From Octopus bimaculoides (lineage: Eukaryota): a stretch of DNA of 38,774 nucleotides. Below, piece by piece: positions 12,116-22,441 of this stretch (its first letter is position 1; the number at the start of each line of letters is the position of its first letter). A model generated the notes under the pieces. The model was not told the DNA's origin. It searched no databases and worked only from the letters and a program-made list of their open reading frames with translations. A program made the position numbers and the translations under genes. The stretch covers positions 34,043,680 through 34,082,453 of the forward strand of contig NC_068996.1 in NCBI RefSeq assembly GCF_001194135.2, given 5' to 3'.

Positions 12116-12189
12116 ATACTAAAATAGGATTTCCCATTTGCAGGTTGAGTCCTGTCTATTTGATAATTTCTGCAAGAACCTTAACATGT

Positions 12190-12460
12190 CTCTACTTGCA
12201 TCAACTTAACCCCAACATGCTAGGACTTCCAGTCAAAACGTAGTTCAGGGTGCAAAAAGTTGTTCCACACTGCTTGCAGAATGGGTCTTCCTCTTTACTG
12301 CATATTTTAAAGTTATTTGTAGTTGGTATGATGCCAGTGATGGCAAACAGGACAAAATTTTGATCTTCCTTGGTAAGTGCTCCAGATTTCTTTACAGGAC
12401 AGTAGGCATTCAAGTGCCTTGTCCCACTGTATCCACTGCTCCTGTTAGCAAGACCCTACT
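12190..12460 (-). mobile_element. Hero/R2-type (RLE) non-LTR retrotransposon fragment, CCHC zinc-knuckle region
   Basis: QEQWIQWDKALE followed by FVLFAITGIIPTTNNFKICSKEEDPFCKQCGTTFCTLNYVLTGSP, resembling the W-x2-W...LPT..NL..WG...C..C....TL.HIL..C motif of RLE elements. Confidence 0.7.
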
Positions 12461-13628
12461 ATTTTCACACAGTGATCGCTCCAAGTTATAGGGAACACAA
12501 TAGGTGATGTCTACTTTTTACTTAAATGCTGTAGGGATTATTACTTGTTATATAAGGAACATGTTAACTTCTGTTAACAAATGTTTTATGAATGTAGTAG
12601 GTAGAAGAAACAAAGGTGATAATTCAGACCAGCATTTTTTTAAAACTATTGATACATAGTTTATATTTAATTATATTTTGATTATTAGTGAATTTTAATG
12701 CAAAACCACTTATATTCCTCAGCAATGTCTAGTCAGTTTCAGAAAAAATACCTAATTGTGTCCTTTGATAATAACAATTTAACAATTCAAATATTTAATT
12801 GTAGTTTTAGATATACTTAAACCATTGTCTGAACATGTTAAAAGGAGGAGAGATGTATTTCTGGAAATCTTTTACTGGTTTCCATCACTAGACCTTGGCT
12901 ATGCTGGGAAAGCACTTCCTAGAGAATTTCTTTTTCTCTCTCTCAATTTGGCTGGAATTAGAATTTGAATGGGCTTTACCAGGTAAAGGTACCCAAGACA
13001 CACTGTATAGCTTAGTTATCTGTACTTCACCAGTGCCCAGGAGAAATATGTGCCTGTTAATGATATTATAAATCCATGAGTGGTGCCCACTTCTCTAGTA
13101 CAGTACCAGTACGCAGAAACATGTATATAATGTTGTATATAAATATATACTTATGTAAAAAGTAATATATATTTTCTTTCAGTAAACTATTTTTTCAACC
13201 TGAGTGTTGATTTTCTATTTTTTTTTTTTTTTTTCAATATACAACTTTATTTCAGTAAAACAGAATATTCATTTTCATCATAAAACATCAGGCATGTAAA
13301 TTACTATTCCTCATTATATATCTGCTATCCGTGAAGGCATGGATTGGGCAGATTGCCCCAATCTAGTAACACAGTAACTAAGAATAAGGATCAACTCAAA
13401 TTTAGGTTTGTAGGAAGGGCAGGTTGTACTGAGTGCAACAAGACTAAAGATATTTCTTGACCACTACAATATAGCGTGTACTTAATGCATTTTATCATGG
13501 CACCAGTAGTAGAGAAATTGTCTTGTGCTCTGCTAGATTAAAGATCCCTTACTATGCTCTGGTATATTGGTTTACTTCAAGGCATTGATATCAATACAGT
13601 GAATACAAAAAGAGAGCAATGATAGAAC

Positions 13629-14440
13629 TGTAGTGAAACCTCTCTCTCGGGTATTTATTTACAAATGATAACATAGCGGCTAACATCTAGCCTTCGGCTG
13701 CTTGGACCCTTGTGTCCATCATCCTGATTGGCTCTTATCTGCGCAGCATTTATCTCCAGTTTTGTTTCGCGCCAGGGTGCATACCGTCCAATCGTGACCT
13801 TCTGTTAAGGTCACGTGAGAGTGTTTTTTTTCTGCTGTTTCTGGAGCCCTTTTTTATCTATAAATAAGCCTGCTTCATCTACGCCAGTTTGTCTCGGCTT
13901 TAGACCTCTCACAGGTCTAGTCACAGACCACACACATAACACACCAACCAGCCAGTTTCCAGCAATGACATCAACACCACCGTTCAACTGTCTTCTACAG
14001 TTCCGTCACCAGCGCCAACACCACCACCAGAGTACACGCACCAACAACAACCGCGGTTCCGTCTCAACACTGTTTGTATGGATTGTTTCCACCTTGAAAA
14101 TAACAGCCTGAACAACCTGCCAGAATCTTCTGTACCAAGTAACCGGTCACAGTATCAATGCTCAACTTCACACACGACATGTGACACCACAGCTCTGTTA
14201 TTCGGCCACCTCTTGTGTCCAGACATTCTACCTACTGTGAAACTCTTCTTTGAACTGGTACTTATCTTTGTTCAGGACTCTTATAGTCTGTTAAAGACAC
14301 TTATTCTATGTTCTGTATTTCTCACTTACACACACGCATTTATGTATACATACTATTGTTCATACAAAGGCCTGTCTTATGTATTGTATTGCTTATATTG
14401 CCGCATGCATGCACACACATGCGAGCCCTCTTATGTTACA
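13629..14440 (+). mobile_element. LTR-like interspersed repeat (TGTA...TACA, about 810 bp); same family as 20570-21459
   Basis: Begins TGTAG, contains a TATAAATAAG box near 13860 and may end ttatgttaCA. Shares blocks with the reverse complement of 20600-21459 (ctagccttcggc, gaactggtayttatc, gcctgtct). No convincing TSD. Confidence 0.6.
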
Positions 14441-14488
14441 TGACATGTTTTTGTGTCAACTGTGTGACGCGTGAAAAAGAGCTTCTTC

Positions 14489-14545
14489 TGTGTGTGTATG
14501 TGTGTGTGTATATATATATATGTATATATATATACATATATATAT
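14489..14545. repeat. (TG)/(TA) microsatellite
   Basis: Directly visible. Confidence 0.9.
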
Positions 14546-14720
14546 CTGCATGGGTTGGCTGGTTCAACATGAACTGACAAACCAAAGTGCTGTGCCAAAC
14601 TCTGCTTTAGTATGGTTTCTGTAACTGGATACCCTTCCTGATGACAATAATTTCCCAGAATGTACTGGATGCATTTTTTATGCCACCAGCATTGGTGAGG
14701 TCACCAAGTATTCACAAGAC
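14546..14720 (-). mobile_element. RTE-type 3' UTR fragment / RTE-tailed SINE
   Basis: gcatgggttgg...ctggatacccttcctgatg...gccaccagc matches the 3' UTR of the element at 22442-22640. Confidence 0.75.
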
Positions 14721-15420
14721 AATACCCCTCAACTGAGTAGGGTATAGTATTGAGGGATATGAAAGTATGATAGAAGTACAGGAACAGGTGTCTTGCAGAA
14801 GAAGTATGTCAGCATGGAAAAAAAGGGATATTGAATGAATGATATATACATATGTACAGAGCGAGAGAGGGGGGGAGAGATAGACACTATAAATTGTTCA
14901 CTTCAATTACTATCAATCAGTATNNNNNNNNNNNNNNNNNNNNNNNNNNNNNNNNNNNNNNNNNNNNNNNNNNNNNNNNNNNNNNNNNNNNNNNNNNNNN
15001 NNNNNNNNNNNNNNNNNNNNNNNNNNNNNNNNNNNNNNNNNNNNNNNNNNNNNNNNNNNNNNNNNNNNNNNNNNNNNNNNNNNNNNNNNNNNNNNNNNNN
15101 NNNNNNNNNNNNNNNNNNNNNNNNNNNNNNNNNNNNNNNNNNNNNNNNNNNNNNNNNNNNNNNNNNNNNNNNNNNNNNNNNNNNNNNNNNNNNNNNNNNN
15201 NNNNNNNNNNNNNNNNNNNNNNNNNNNNNNNNNNNNNNNNNNNNNNNNNNNNNNNNNNNNNNNNNNNNNNNNNNNNNNNNNNNNNNNNNNNNNNNNNNNN
15301 NNNNNNNNNNNNNNNNNNNNNNNNNNNNNNNNNNNNNNNNNNNNNNNNNNNNNNNNNNNNNNNNNNNNNNNNNNNNNNNNNNNNNNNNNNNNNNNNNNNN
15401 NNNNNNNNNNNNNNNNNNNN

Positions 15421-15421
15421 G

Positions 15422-15454
<33 letters not shown>

Positions 15455-15655
15455 ATGTATATGTATATATGTATATGTATATATGTATATGTATATATGT
15501 ATATATGTATATATGTATATGTATATGTATATATGTATATGTATATATGTATATGTATATATGTATATGTATATGTATATATGTATATGTATATATGTAT
15601 ATGTATATGTATATATGTATATGTATATATATGTATATATATATACACATACACA
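15421..15655. repeat. (GTATAT/GTATATAT)n compound microsatellite
   Basis: Directly visible; it produces the spurious MYMY/HIHI ORFs. Confidence 0.98.
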
Positions 15656-15800
15656 CAGTGCACTGTTCTTTTAAGATATGATCAACAAAAGAACCCCATC
15701 CAGTGAAAAATAAATACCATTTAATGTACACAGTATAAAGATATGAGCTATTAAGTTTCTTGCTGTAAAGACAAGTATCTAGGCTGGATTTTATAACATA

Positions 15801-16508
15801 CCTTGTGTCTTCAAGCAATCTATAAGGCTCTGATCACATGGCCTATTCTATTTGGAAATAAGGATGCTGGTGCATGAGATGCCATGAGAAGGTTGATGCA
15901 AAAAGTGGAAGGGTAAATAAAAATGGAAAAAGAAAATTTGAGTTAGGTTTCCCTTTGACCATAATTAAACTAGTTGTAGAATAATTCTTAAATCTAAAAA
16001 GAACATGTAATCTTTAAGCTACTCATGAGTTGCATTTCTTAGATCCATTAACATATGGCATGGATTTCTCTACAATGATCCACTTGGTTGTATGTGATGT
16101 GCAGTTGGTCTTCAAACCCCATACATTGCTAGCCAACTTAGTGGCTTTACCTTTGGGCCTCACACATTCTTTTTAAATTAAAGAATTCCACCACACTACT
16201 TAATTCCAGTTCTAGAATTTTCAGCAGATGCAAGTATATGGGTAAATTTTTTTTAGCATACTGGTGGACCCCATCCTTTCTGGATTGAGCAGTTATCTCA
16301 CAGACTTTGGACCACTCTTTGTTGAAGTTTAACTATGGCTTTTTAGAGTCAAAGGGGACATAAATCTAATTTCCTTCTCACATTTTTTATTCACCCTCCC
16401 ACTTTTCGTACCAACCTTGTTTGTGTAATTTCTCATGTACCAGTGTCCTGATTTCCAAATAGAACAGACTATGTGCTCAGAGCCTGAAGATTGCTTGGAG
16501 AAACAATG
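15801..16508 (-). mobile_element. Penelope-like element fragment (GIY-YIG region) bracketed by inverted terminal repeats
   Basis: Minus frame KATKLASNVWGLKTNCTSHTTKWIIVEKSMPYVNGSKKCN resembles PLE GIY-YIG C-termini. 15801-15879 is an inverted copy of 16431-16508 (about 83% identity). Confidence 0.8.
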
Positions 16509-16722
16509 TGTGTTGCTGAAAAGTTCCTGGTTTTAAGAGAATCACAAAAGGCTTAGTTGGAGGCCCAACCTTCCAAGTTCCTTTACAAGAAAAACTGAAA
16601 GACTGCTGCAATAAGTGTGTGTGAAGCTGAGTGGGGTATATGTTGAATGAAATCATAATTAACTGATCTTCCAGTATTTTCTTTTTCCCAAAGCCAGGAA
16701 CTTCTCAGCCCCCACCCCATAT
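16505..16722 (+). mobile_element. Mariner-derived MITE
   Basis: TIRs gctgaaaagttcctggtttt (16515-16534) and aaagccaggaacttctcagc (16690-16709), 18/20 match. The interior reads EKLKDCCNKCV, a mariner transposase C-terminal relic. Confidence 0.85.
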
Positions 16723-17399
16723 CTAATATAGTAAATGCAAAAATTTGTGTTGGTGTGTCACACTTTGACCCCTCTCTCACTATTCATTGACACTCCCACT
16801 ATTGCTCATGTTGGGGTGAGAATAATAGTAGGCATAGAGACGGTGAGAGCAGTGGCAAAGACAGAGAGAGAAAAAAAGACAGAAATTTAGGGAGAGTTGA
16901 TGTTTTTATTAAAAGTAGTAGTGTTGATGGTGGCAGTGGGAGTAATATGAGAGAGACAAAGAGTGGGTGTGTAAGAGAAAGAGGGACTGACCATTGAAGT
17001 AACATACTGAACGAACACACACATTTAGCCTTTTTGTGATGGTAATGGGATGATAGTAATAGTACGAGCTGTAGTTGTGATGGAGGTGGTGGTGGTAGTT
17101 GAAGCAGTGAGGGATGAAGTGAGTCTTACTGAATATGAATGGTGATGGAGGGGAAGGCAGCGAAGTCAAAGGTATTGAAGGTGGTGGTGTCAGAAGTCTG
17201 AACGGTGTGTGTATGGCAATGGTGGTGGTACTGTTGTTTATCGTGCAGCTTTGCAATAAGTTCCAAGTCAACAAATTATATCACTGTTTTGATCAAAATT
17301 GTTAATTACTTGCTAGTATATATATATATTTATATGCTAGCTTAACACTACTACATTTACACAATATGAACAATCAGAAATTTAGGAAAGGTATAGTTG

Positions 17400-17880
17400 A
17401 TCTACTTGAAAAAAAACAGAACACTTGGAGACATAAAAAATAGAACAGTTGGAAGCTCTCTACATGACAACTTGCTGAAACTACAAGAAAGATCTGTGTT
17501 TAGAGCAAGTTGGAACTAAACCTGTTGGTGGAATATTACTATAGATTGAGCCATAAAAGCTAAGAGACAGATTTGAAAAGGATAGACTGGAAGAAAGTGG
17601 GTAGCAGAGAACTATACCAAGTAGCTAGAAAAGAGGCTAGACACCAGATGTACTTAGCAAAAAGGAGAAATAGAAAGTAACAGATTTGGAAATATTCTAC
17701 AGCATGATGTATTCTGGATTGCAAGGTTGCTCACTTGAGTGAATCTAGATGTTGTAGGCTAGAAGTGTGTACAGAATGTTAAGAACACTCTTGTTCTTGG
17801 GGACATTGAATAAAAAGAAGCATAGCAGTGTTATTATAAAAAGCTGTTAAACGAGAAAATTGTATGAAAAGCAGAGGGTT
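17400..17880 (+). mobile_element. Degenerate RTE LINE internal fragment
   Basis: VARKEARHQMYLAKGE...DVVG*KCV...YKKLLNEK matches the RTE linker upstream of RT. Confidence 0.75.
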
Positions 17881-18718
17881 TTCCATCTTTCTTTCAAGGT
17901 AAAAGATAGAAGACCCTCATTCTTCCCATGGTGGACCCAACAGGGGACCAAGCATTCATGTTGGCAACAGTATGATAAACATTTAATGAGAGATGAATAC
18001 GAAAAATAGCAGAAGAAATTGAAAGACATTCAGGAAAAAATGTTGAAAAGAGTGAAGAAAAAGTTACCAATATAGAAGGTGGGAAGAAGCAATGAGAAAT
18101 ATGACAATTTAATTGTATGTTAGTATGCTATAAGTGATGTCTGAATCAACAGAGAATATATTTGTGAATGGGGTGAGGAAAAAAGTATAAATCAAGTAAA
18201 TCTTTCCCTGTCAATCCCCGCAAATCCATTCCCTTGGCTGTGGTTTCACTAGACAGGGACAGTTGGAATATTGCTGATCTGTTTATGTATGTCATTAATT
18301 AGATGATGAGGTATTTGGTCGGTGTGTATTTATTCACTGTGGGATAGTGTCAGAGAAGAGGCTCTATAGTAACACAGTTTCAAAACATGACATGTGTGAT
18401 CAAAAATGATTACATAGCTAGCACTGCTTTTAAGTTGTAATTTAATTTACTTACACATGTACATTGCTGTTGCACAACCATCCAATAGTTTTCACATTAT
18501 CTGTATGTAGTCATAGACCAGCGATTCAGTTCGTTTTTGGTTTGAACCAAATTCGAGGTGCTGATAAATTACAATAATGGCTAAATACCAGTATCCATCA
18601 CTCTTGATTCCATCCAAGGTGACTTGTCTTGCCTAATCTATGACTTTCAGTTGTTTTGACACTTAGTGTTATTAGGGAGCCTCTCCCTAGACATTTTCTC
18701 TCAGTGAATAAACAAAAC

Positions 18719-18954
18719 ACATCGAAATCGAGTTAAATTGGACACTAAACTCCACTTGCGAAGACTTGTTGAGGCAAGTGAAATCGAAATCGAGTTAAAT
18801 TGGACACTAAACTCCACTTGCGAAGACCTGTTGAGGCAAGTGAAATCGAAATCGAAATCGAGTTAAATTCGACGACTGGCACCCGTGCCAACGCCGTCTT
18901 CTTCATTGGACACGAAACTCAGCTTGCAAAGACTTATTGGGGCAAGCGAAATCG
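18719..18954. repeat. 62-bp minisatellite (array 1) with an internal 7-bp inverted repeat; runs into a gap
   Basis: Units at 18721 and 18783 differ by 1 nt. A third, diverged unit carries an insertion of about 36-38 bp. Each unit has CACTTGC-N14-GCAAGTG. Confidence 0.95.
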
Positions 18955-19238
18955 NNNNNNNNNNNNNNNNNNNNNNNNNNNNNNNNNNNNNNNNNNNNNN
19001 NNNNNNNNNNNNNNNNNNNNNNNNNNNNNNNNNNNNNNNNNNNNNNNNNNNNNNNNNNNNNNNNNNNNNNNNNNNNNNNNNNNNNNNNNNNNNNNNNNNN
19101 NNNNNNNNNNNNNNNNNNNNNNNNNNNNNNNNNNNNNNNNNNNNNNNNNNNNNNNNNNNNNNNNNNNNNNNNNNNNNNNNNNNNNNNNNNNNNNNNNNNN
19201 NNNNNNNNNNNNNNNNNNNNNNNNNNNNNNNNNNNNNN

Positions 19239-19647
19239 CCCTGGACTGGCTCTTGTGCGGGGCCGTCTTAAGATTTTCGAGCGAGATCGTTGCCAGTGCC
19301 CCTGGACTGGCTCTTGTGTGGGGCCGTCATAGAATTTTCGAGCGAGATCGTTGCCAGTGCCCCTGGACTGGCTCATGTGCAAGTGACACTTGAAATGCAC
19401 CATTTTGGGAGTGGCCGTTGCCAATGCCGCCTGGCTGGCCTTCGTGAGATTTCGATCGAGATCGTTGCCAGAGCCCCTTGACTGGCTCTTGTGCGGGTGA
19501 CACATGAAATTTTTCGAGCGAGATCGTTGCCAGTGCCCCTGGACTGGCTCTTGTGCGGGGCCGTCTTAAGATTTTCGAGCGAGATCGTTGCCAGTGCCCC
19601 TGGACTGGCTCTTGTGCAGGTGACACATGAAATTTTTCGAGCGAGAT
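19239..19647. repeat. GC-rich 61/62-bp higher-order minisatellite (array 2), flanked by gaps on both sides
   Basis: Units start at 19241, 19302, 19363, 19431, 19477, 19539 and 19600 (lengths 61, 61, 68, 46, 62, 61, partial). Constant core ttttcgagcgagatcgttgccagtgcccctggactggctcttgtgc with a variable middle segment. Confidence 0.95.
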
Positions 19648-20569
19648 NNNNNNNNNNNNNNNNNNNNNNNNNNNNNNNNNNNNNNNNNNNNNNNNNNNNN
19701 NNNNNNNNNNNNNNNNNNNNNNNNNNNNNNNNNNNNNNNNNNNNNNNNNNNNNNNNNNNNNNNNNNNNNNNNNNNNNNNNNNNNNNNNNNNNNNNNNNNN
19801 NNNNNNNNNNNNNNNNNNNNNNNNNNNNNNNNNNNNNNNNNNNNNNNNNNNNNNNNNNNNNNNNNNNNNNNNNNNNNNNNNNNNNNNNNNNNNNNNNNNN
19901 NNNNNNNNNNNNNNNNNNNNNNNNNNNNNNNNNNNNNNNNNNNNNNNNNNNNNNNNNNNNNNNNNNNNNNNNNNNNNNNNNNNNNNNNNNNNNNNNNNNN
20001 NNNNNNNNNNNNNNNNNNNNNNNNNNNNNNNNNNNNNNNNNNNNNNNNNNNNNNNNNNNNNNNNNNNNNNNNNNNNNNNNNNNNNNNNNNNNNNNNNNNN
20101 NNNNNNNNNNNNNNNNNNNNNNNNNNNNNNNNNNNNNNNNNNNNNNNNNNNNNNNNNNNNNNNNNNNNNNNNNNNNNNNNNNNNNNNNNNNNNNNNNNNN
20201 NNNNNNNNNNNNNNNNNNNNNNNNNNNNNNNNNNNNNNNNNNNNNNNNNNNNNNNNNNNNNNNNNNNNNNNNNNNNNNNNNNNNNNNNNNNNNNNNNNNN
20301 NNNNNNNNNNNNNNNNNNNNNNNNNNNNNNNNNNNNNNNNNNNNNNNNNNNNNNNNNNNNNNNNNNNNNNNNNNNNNNNNNNNNNNNNNNNNNNNNNNNN
20401 NNNNNNNNNNNNNNNNNNNNNNNNNNNNNNNNNNNNNNNNNNNNNNNNNNNNNNNNNNNNNNNNNNNNNNNNNNNNNNNNNNNNNNNNNNNNNNNNNNNN
20501 NNNNNNNNNNNNNNNNNNNNNNNNNNNNNNNNNNNNNNNNNNNNNNNNNNNNNNNNNNNNNNNNNNNNN

Positions 20570-21459
20570 GCCAGAAGGAAAAGAGAGACACAACCGGGGT
20601 AGAATGTTTAAGAGAAGATTTTATTTATATGTTAACGTGTGTCTGTGTGTGCGCTATATAAACATAATAATAGACAGGCTGTCATGTATACAAAGTGTGT
20701 GTGTGTACAAACATGGATGTATGCGTGTGCAATAAGTACAGAGCATTGAAAGAGTCTATAATATGACGTTAGAAGAATGTTCAGACACAAGGATGATAAA
20801 TACCAGTTCGTAGTCAAGGTACACAGTATTTGAAGTGCTGTATCAAGAAGTTGAGGCTGCAATGCAGAGCCAGAGAGAGGCACATGTCATATAAGAAGTT
20901 GAGGCTACAATGCAGAGCCGGTTACTTGTTACAGAAGGTGGTCGCAGGTTGTATTTGCTGTTAACCATGGTGAAGTAATTCACAAATAGTGTGGAGATAG
21001 AACCTGTGCGAGCGTTGCTGGTTGGTGTGTACATAGAGACGATATTGATGTTAGGATGAATGCTGCATGGACGAAGTGTTGATGAGTCTCCATGTGGCTG
21101 CTGTGGTGTCGTCGCTGGAACTGGTCATGTGCTCTGTGGTCAGTGGCTAAACTTCAAAAGGTCTGGAACCGAAAGACCTTGAGACGGTGTGAAGCTAGCG
21201 TCTTATACAATGAAGTCGGCACAAACTGAGGTTTAGAAGAGACTGTCTCATGTAACTTTATTTGAAGGCTGCGACTGGTTGGGTTGCATATTGGCGCGCG
21301 ATAGAGCAAGAGACAAATTGCGCCAATACCAACCAATGAGAGTAGTGGACATAACAGAGTCCAAAGGTGCGGCCGAAGGCTAGCTGTTATCTACTACATC
21401 TGTATTTATGTATATATAACAGAGCGAGATAGAAATTTCCCCTTAAGGCATATGCTACA
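20570..21459 (-). mobile_element. LTR-like interspersed repeat, same family as 13629-14440, opposite orientation
   Basis: Minus strand starts TGTAGC at 21459 and shows colinear similarity to 13629-14430. AATAAA lies near 20620 and there is an internal 27-bp duplication at 20845/20893. Confidence 0.6.
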
Positions 21460-21758
21460 CCTCTATACACATGTTACTTCATCACCCTTACCATTTTGTT
21501 CCTCCTTTTCTCATTAACTTGTGATACATCCTTTCTTTTTCCCAGCCTATCCCTTCCACACTCTTCTCTCCTATAGTTTCTACTCTGTTACTCTCTCACA
21601 ACTATAAATCAGTTCCTCTTATCATATTTCACTCTGTCAGTAAAACTTAGCAGGGATATAAATCATTGATTGAGAAACATTTTACACTGATAAAAAGTGT
21701 GAGCTGATGTATCAATTTTATCCAAGTTTCTTCTGTTTTGCAAAACGAATGAAAAATT

Positions 21759-21772
21759 GTTTCCATGGTAAC
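21759..21772. promoter_or_regulatory. RFX X-box-like palindrome GTTTCCATGGTAAC
   Basis: Fits GTTNCCATGGNAAC. Weaker X-box-like motifs occur at 21779-21791 and 21929-21942. No associated TSS or exon was identified. Confidence 0.35.
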
Positions 21773-22029
21773 CACATGGTCGCCATGCAACTCAAAATAC
21801 ATACATTACATTGGTAATCTTGTTTGGCAATATTGTTTCAGTTACAAAGGCTGTATGTATCATCAAATTTTATAATGAGAAAAATCGAAGAAATATCATT
21901 GCTTTATATCACCTATTCAACTCCTGCAGTCTCCATTGCAACAGGGAAAATTATTTTCAGAATCAGTTATGGACAGATTTTGAAGAAAAATCACAAAATT
22001 TCAGAGAAAAATCTGCTTATTTTCAAAAG

Positions 22030-22190
22030 TTATGCAAAAAGAAATCATGAGGTAGATGAGAAAATAGTTTGGTTTCATATGCAGAAGAGAGATTATGGAT
22101 GCAACTACAGGAGAAATACTTGACTAAGAAGAAACCACTATTACTGGCATTTGAATTAAAATCAGCTCTAATGAAGTGAACATTATGTCA
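22030..22190 (+). mobile_element. RTE reverse-transcriptase fragment
   Basis: FGFIC...DA then QLQEKYLTKKKPLLLAF, matching the RTE RT motif QLQEKYLAKNKPLYLAFVD. Confidence 0.7.
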
Positions 22191-22441
22191 CACATACATA
22201 TATGTGTTTTGTTTATAAAATAATTTACTGTAGGACAGTGTCCTAGGAAAGCTCCCTACATGACATTAAGTGTTAAAGAAAACTGACTGTCTAAGAGAAG
22301 CAAGACAACTCGTCTAAGGTGATCAAGAATAATAGATAATAGTTCGCTATTGTTTCAGCTCCTTGAAATGAATTGAATCACTGGGCTGGTACATATATGC
22401 AAATAGGGTGAAGTGTATTTGCTGATGTGTTGCAGCATAGC

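Noticed and set aside
14835-15818. MYMY/HIHI ORFs (also 31047-31326)
   Set aside because: Translations of microsatellites and N gaps
16800-17270. Ser/Thr/His-rich ORFs in the GGT/AGT-rich region
   Set aside because: Degenerate trinucleotide low-complexity sequence with no domain signal
19239-19647. CRISPR array call
   Set aside because: The variable segments recur and are related to each other, unit lengths are irregular, no cas genes are present and the context is eukaryotic. Reported as a structured minisatellite instead.
18800-20735. Long ORFs (up to 414 aa) with HKSQSRGTGNDLARK-type repeats
   Set aside because: They are open only because N runs contain no stops. The 61/62/46/68-bp units shift frame between repeats.
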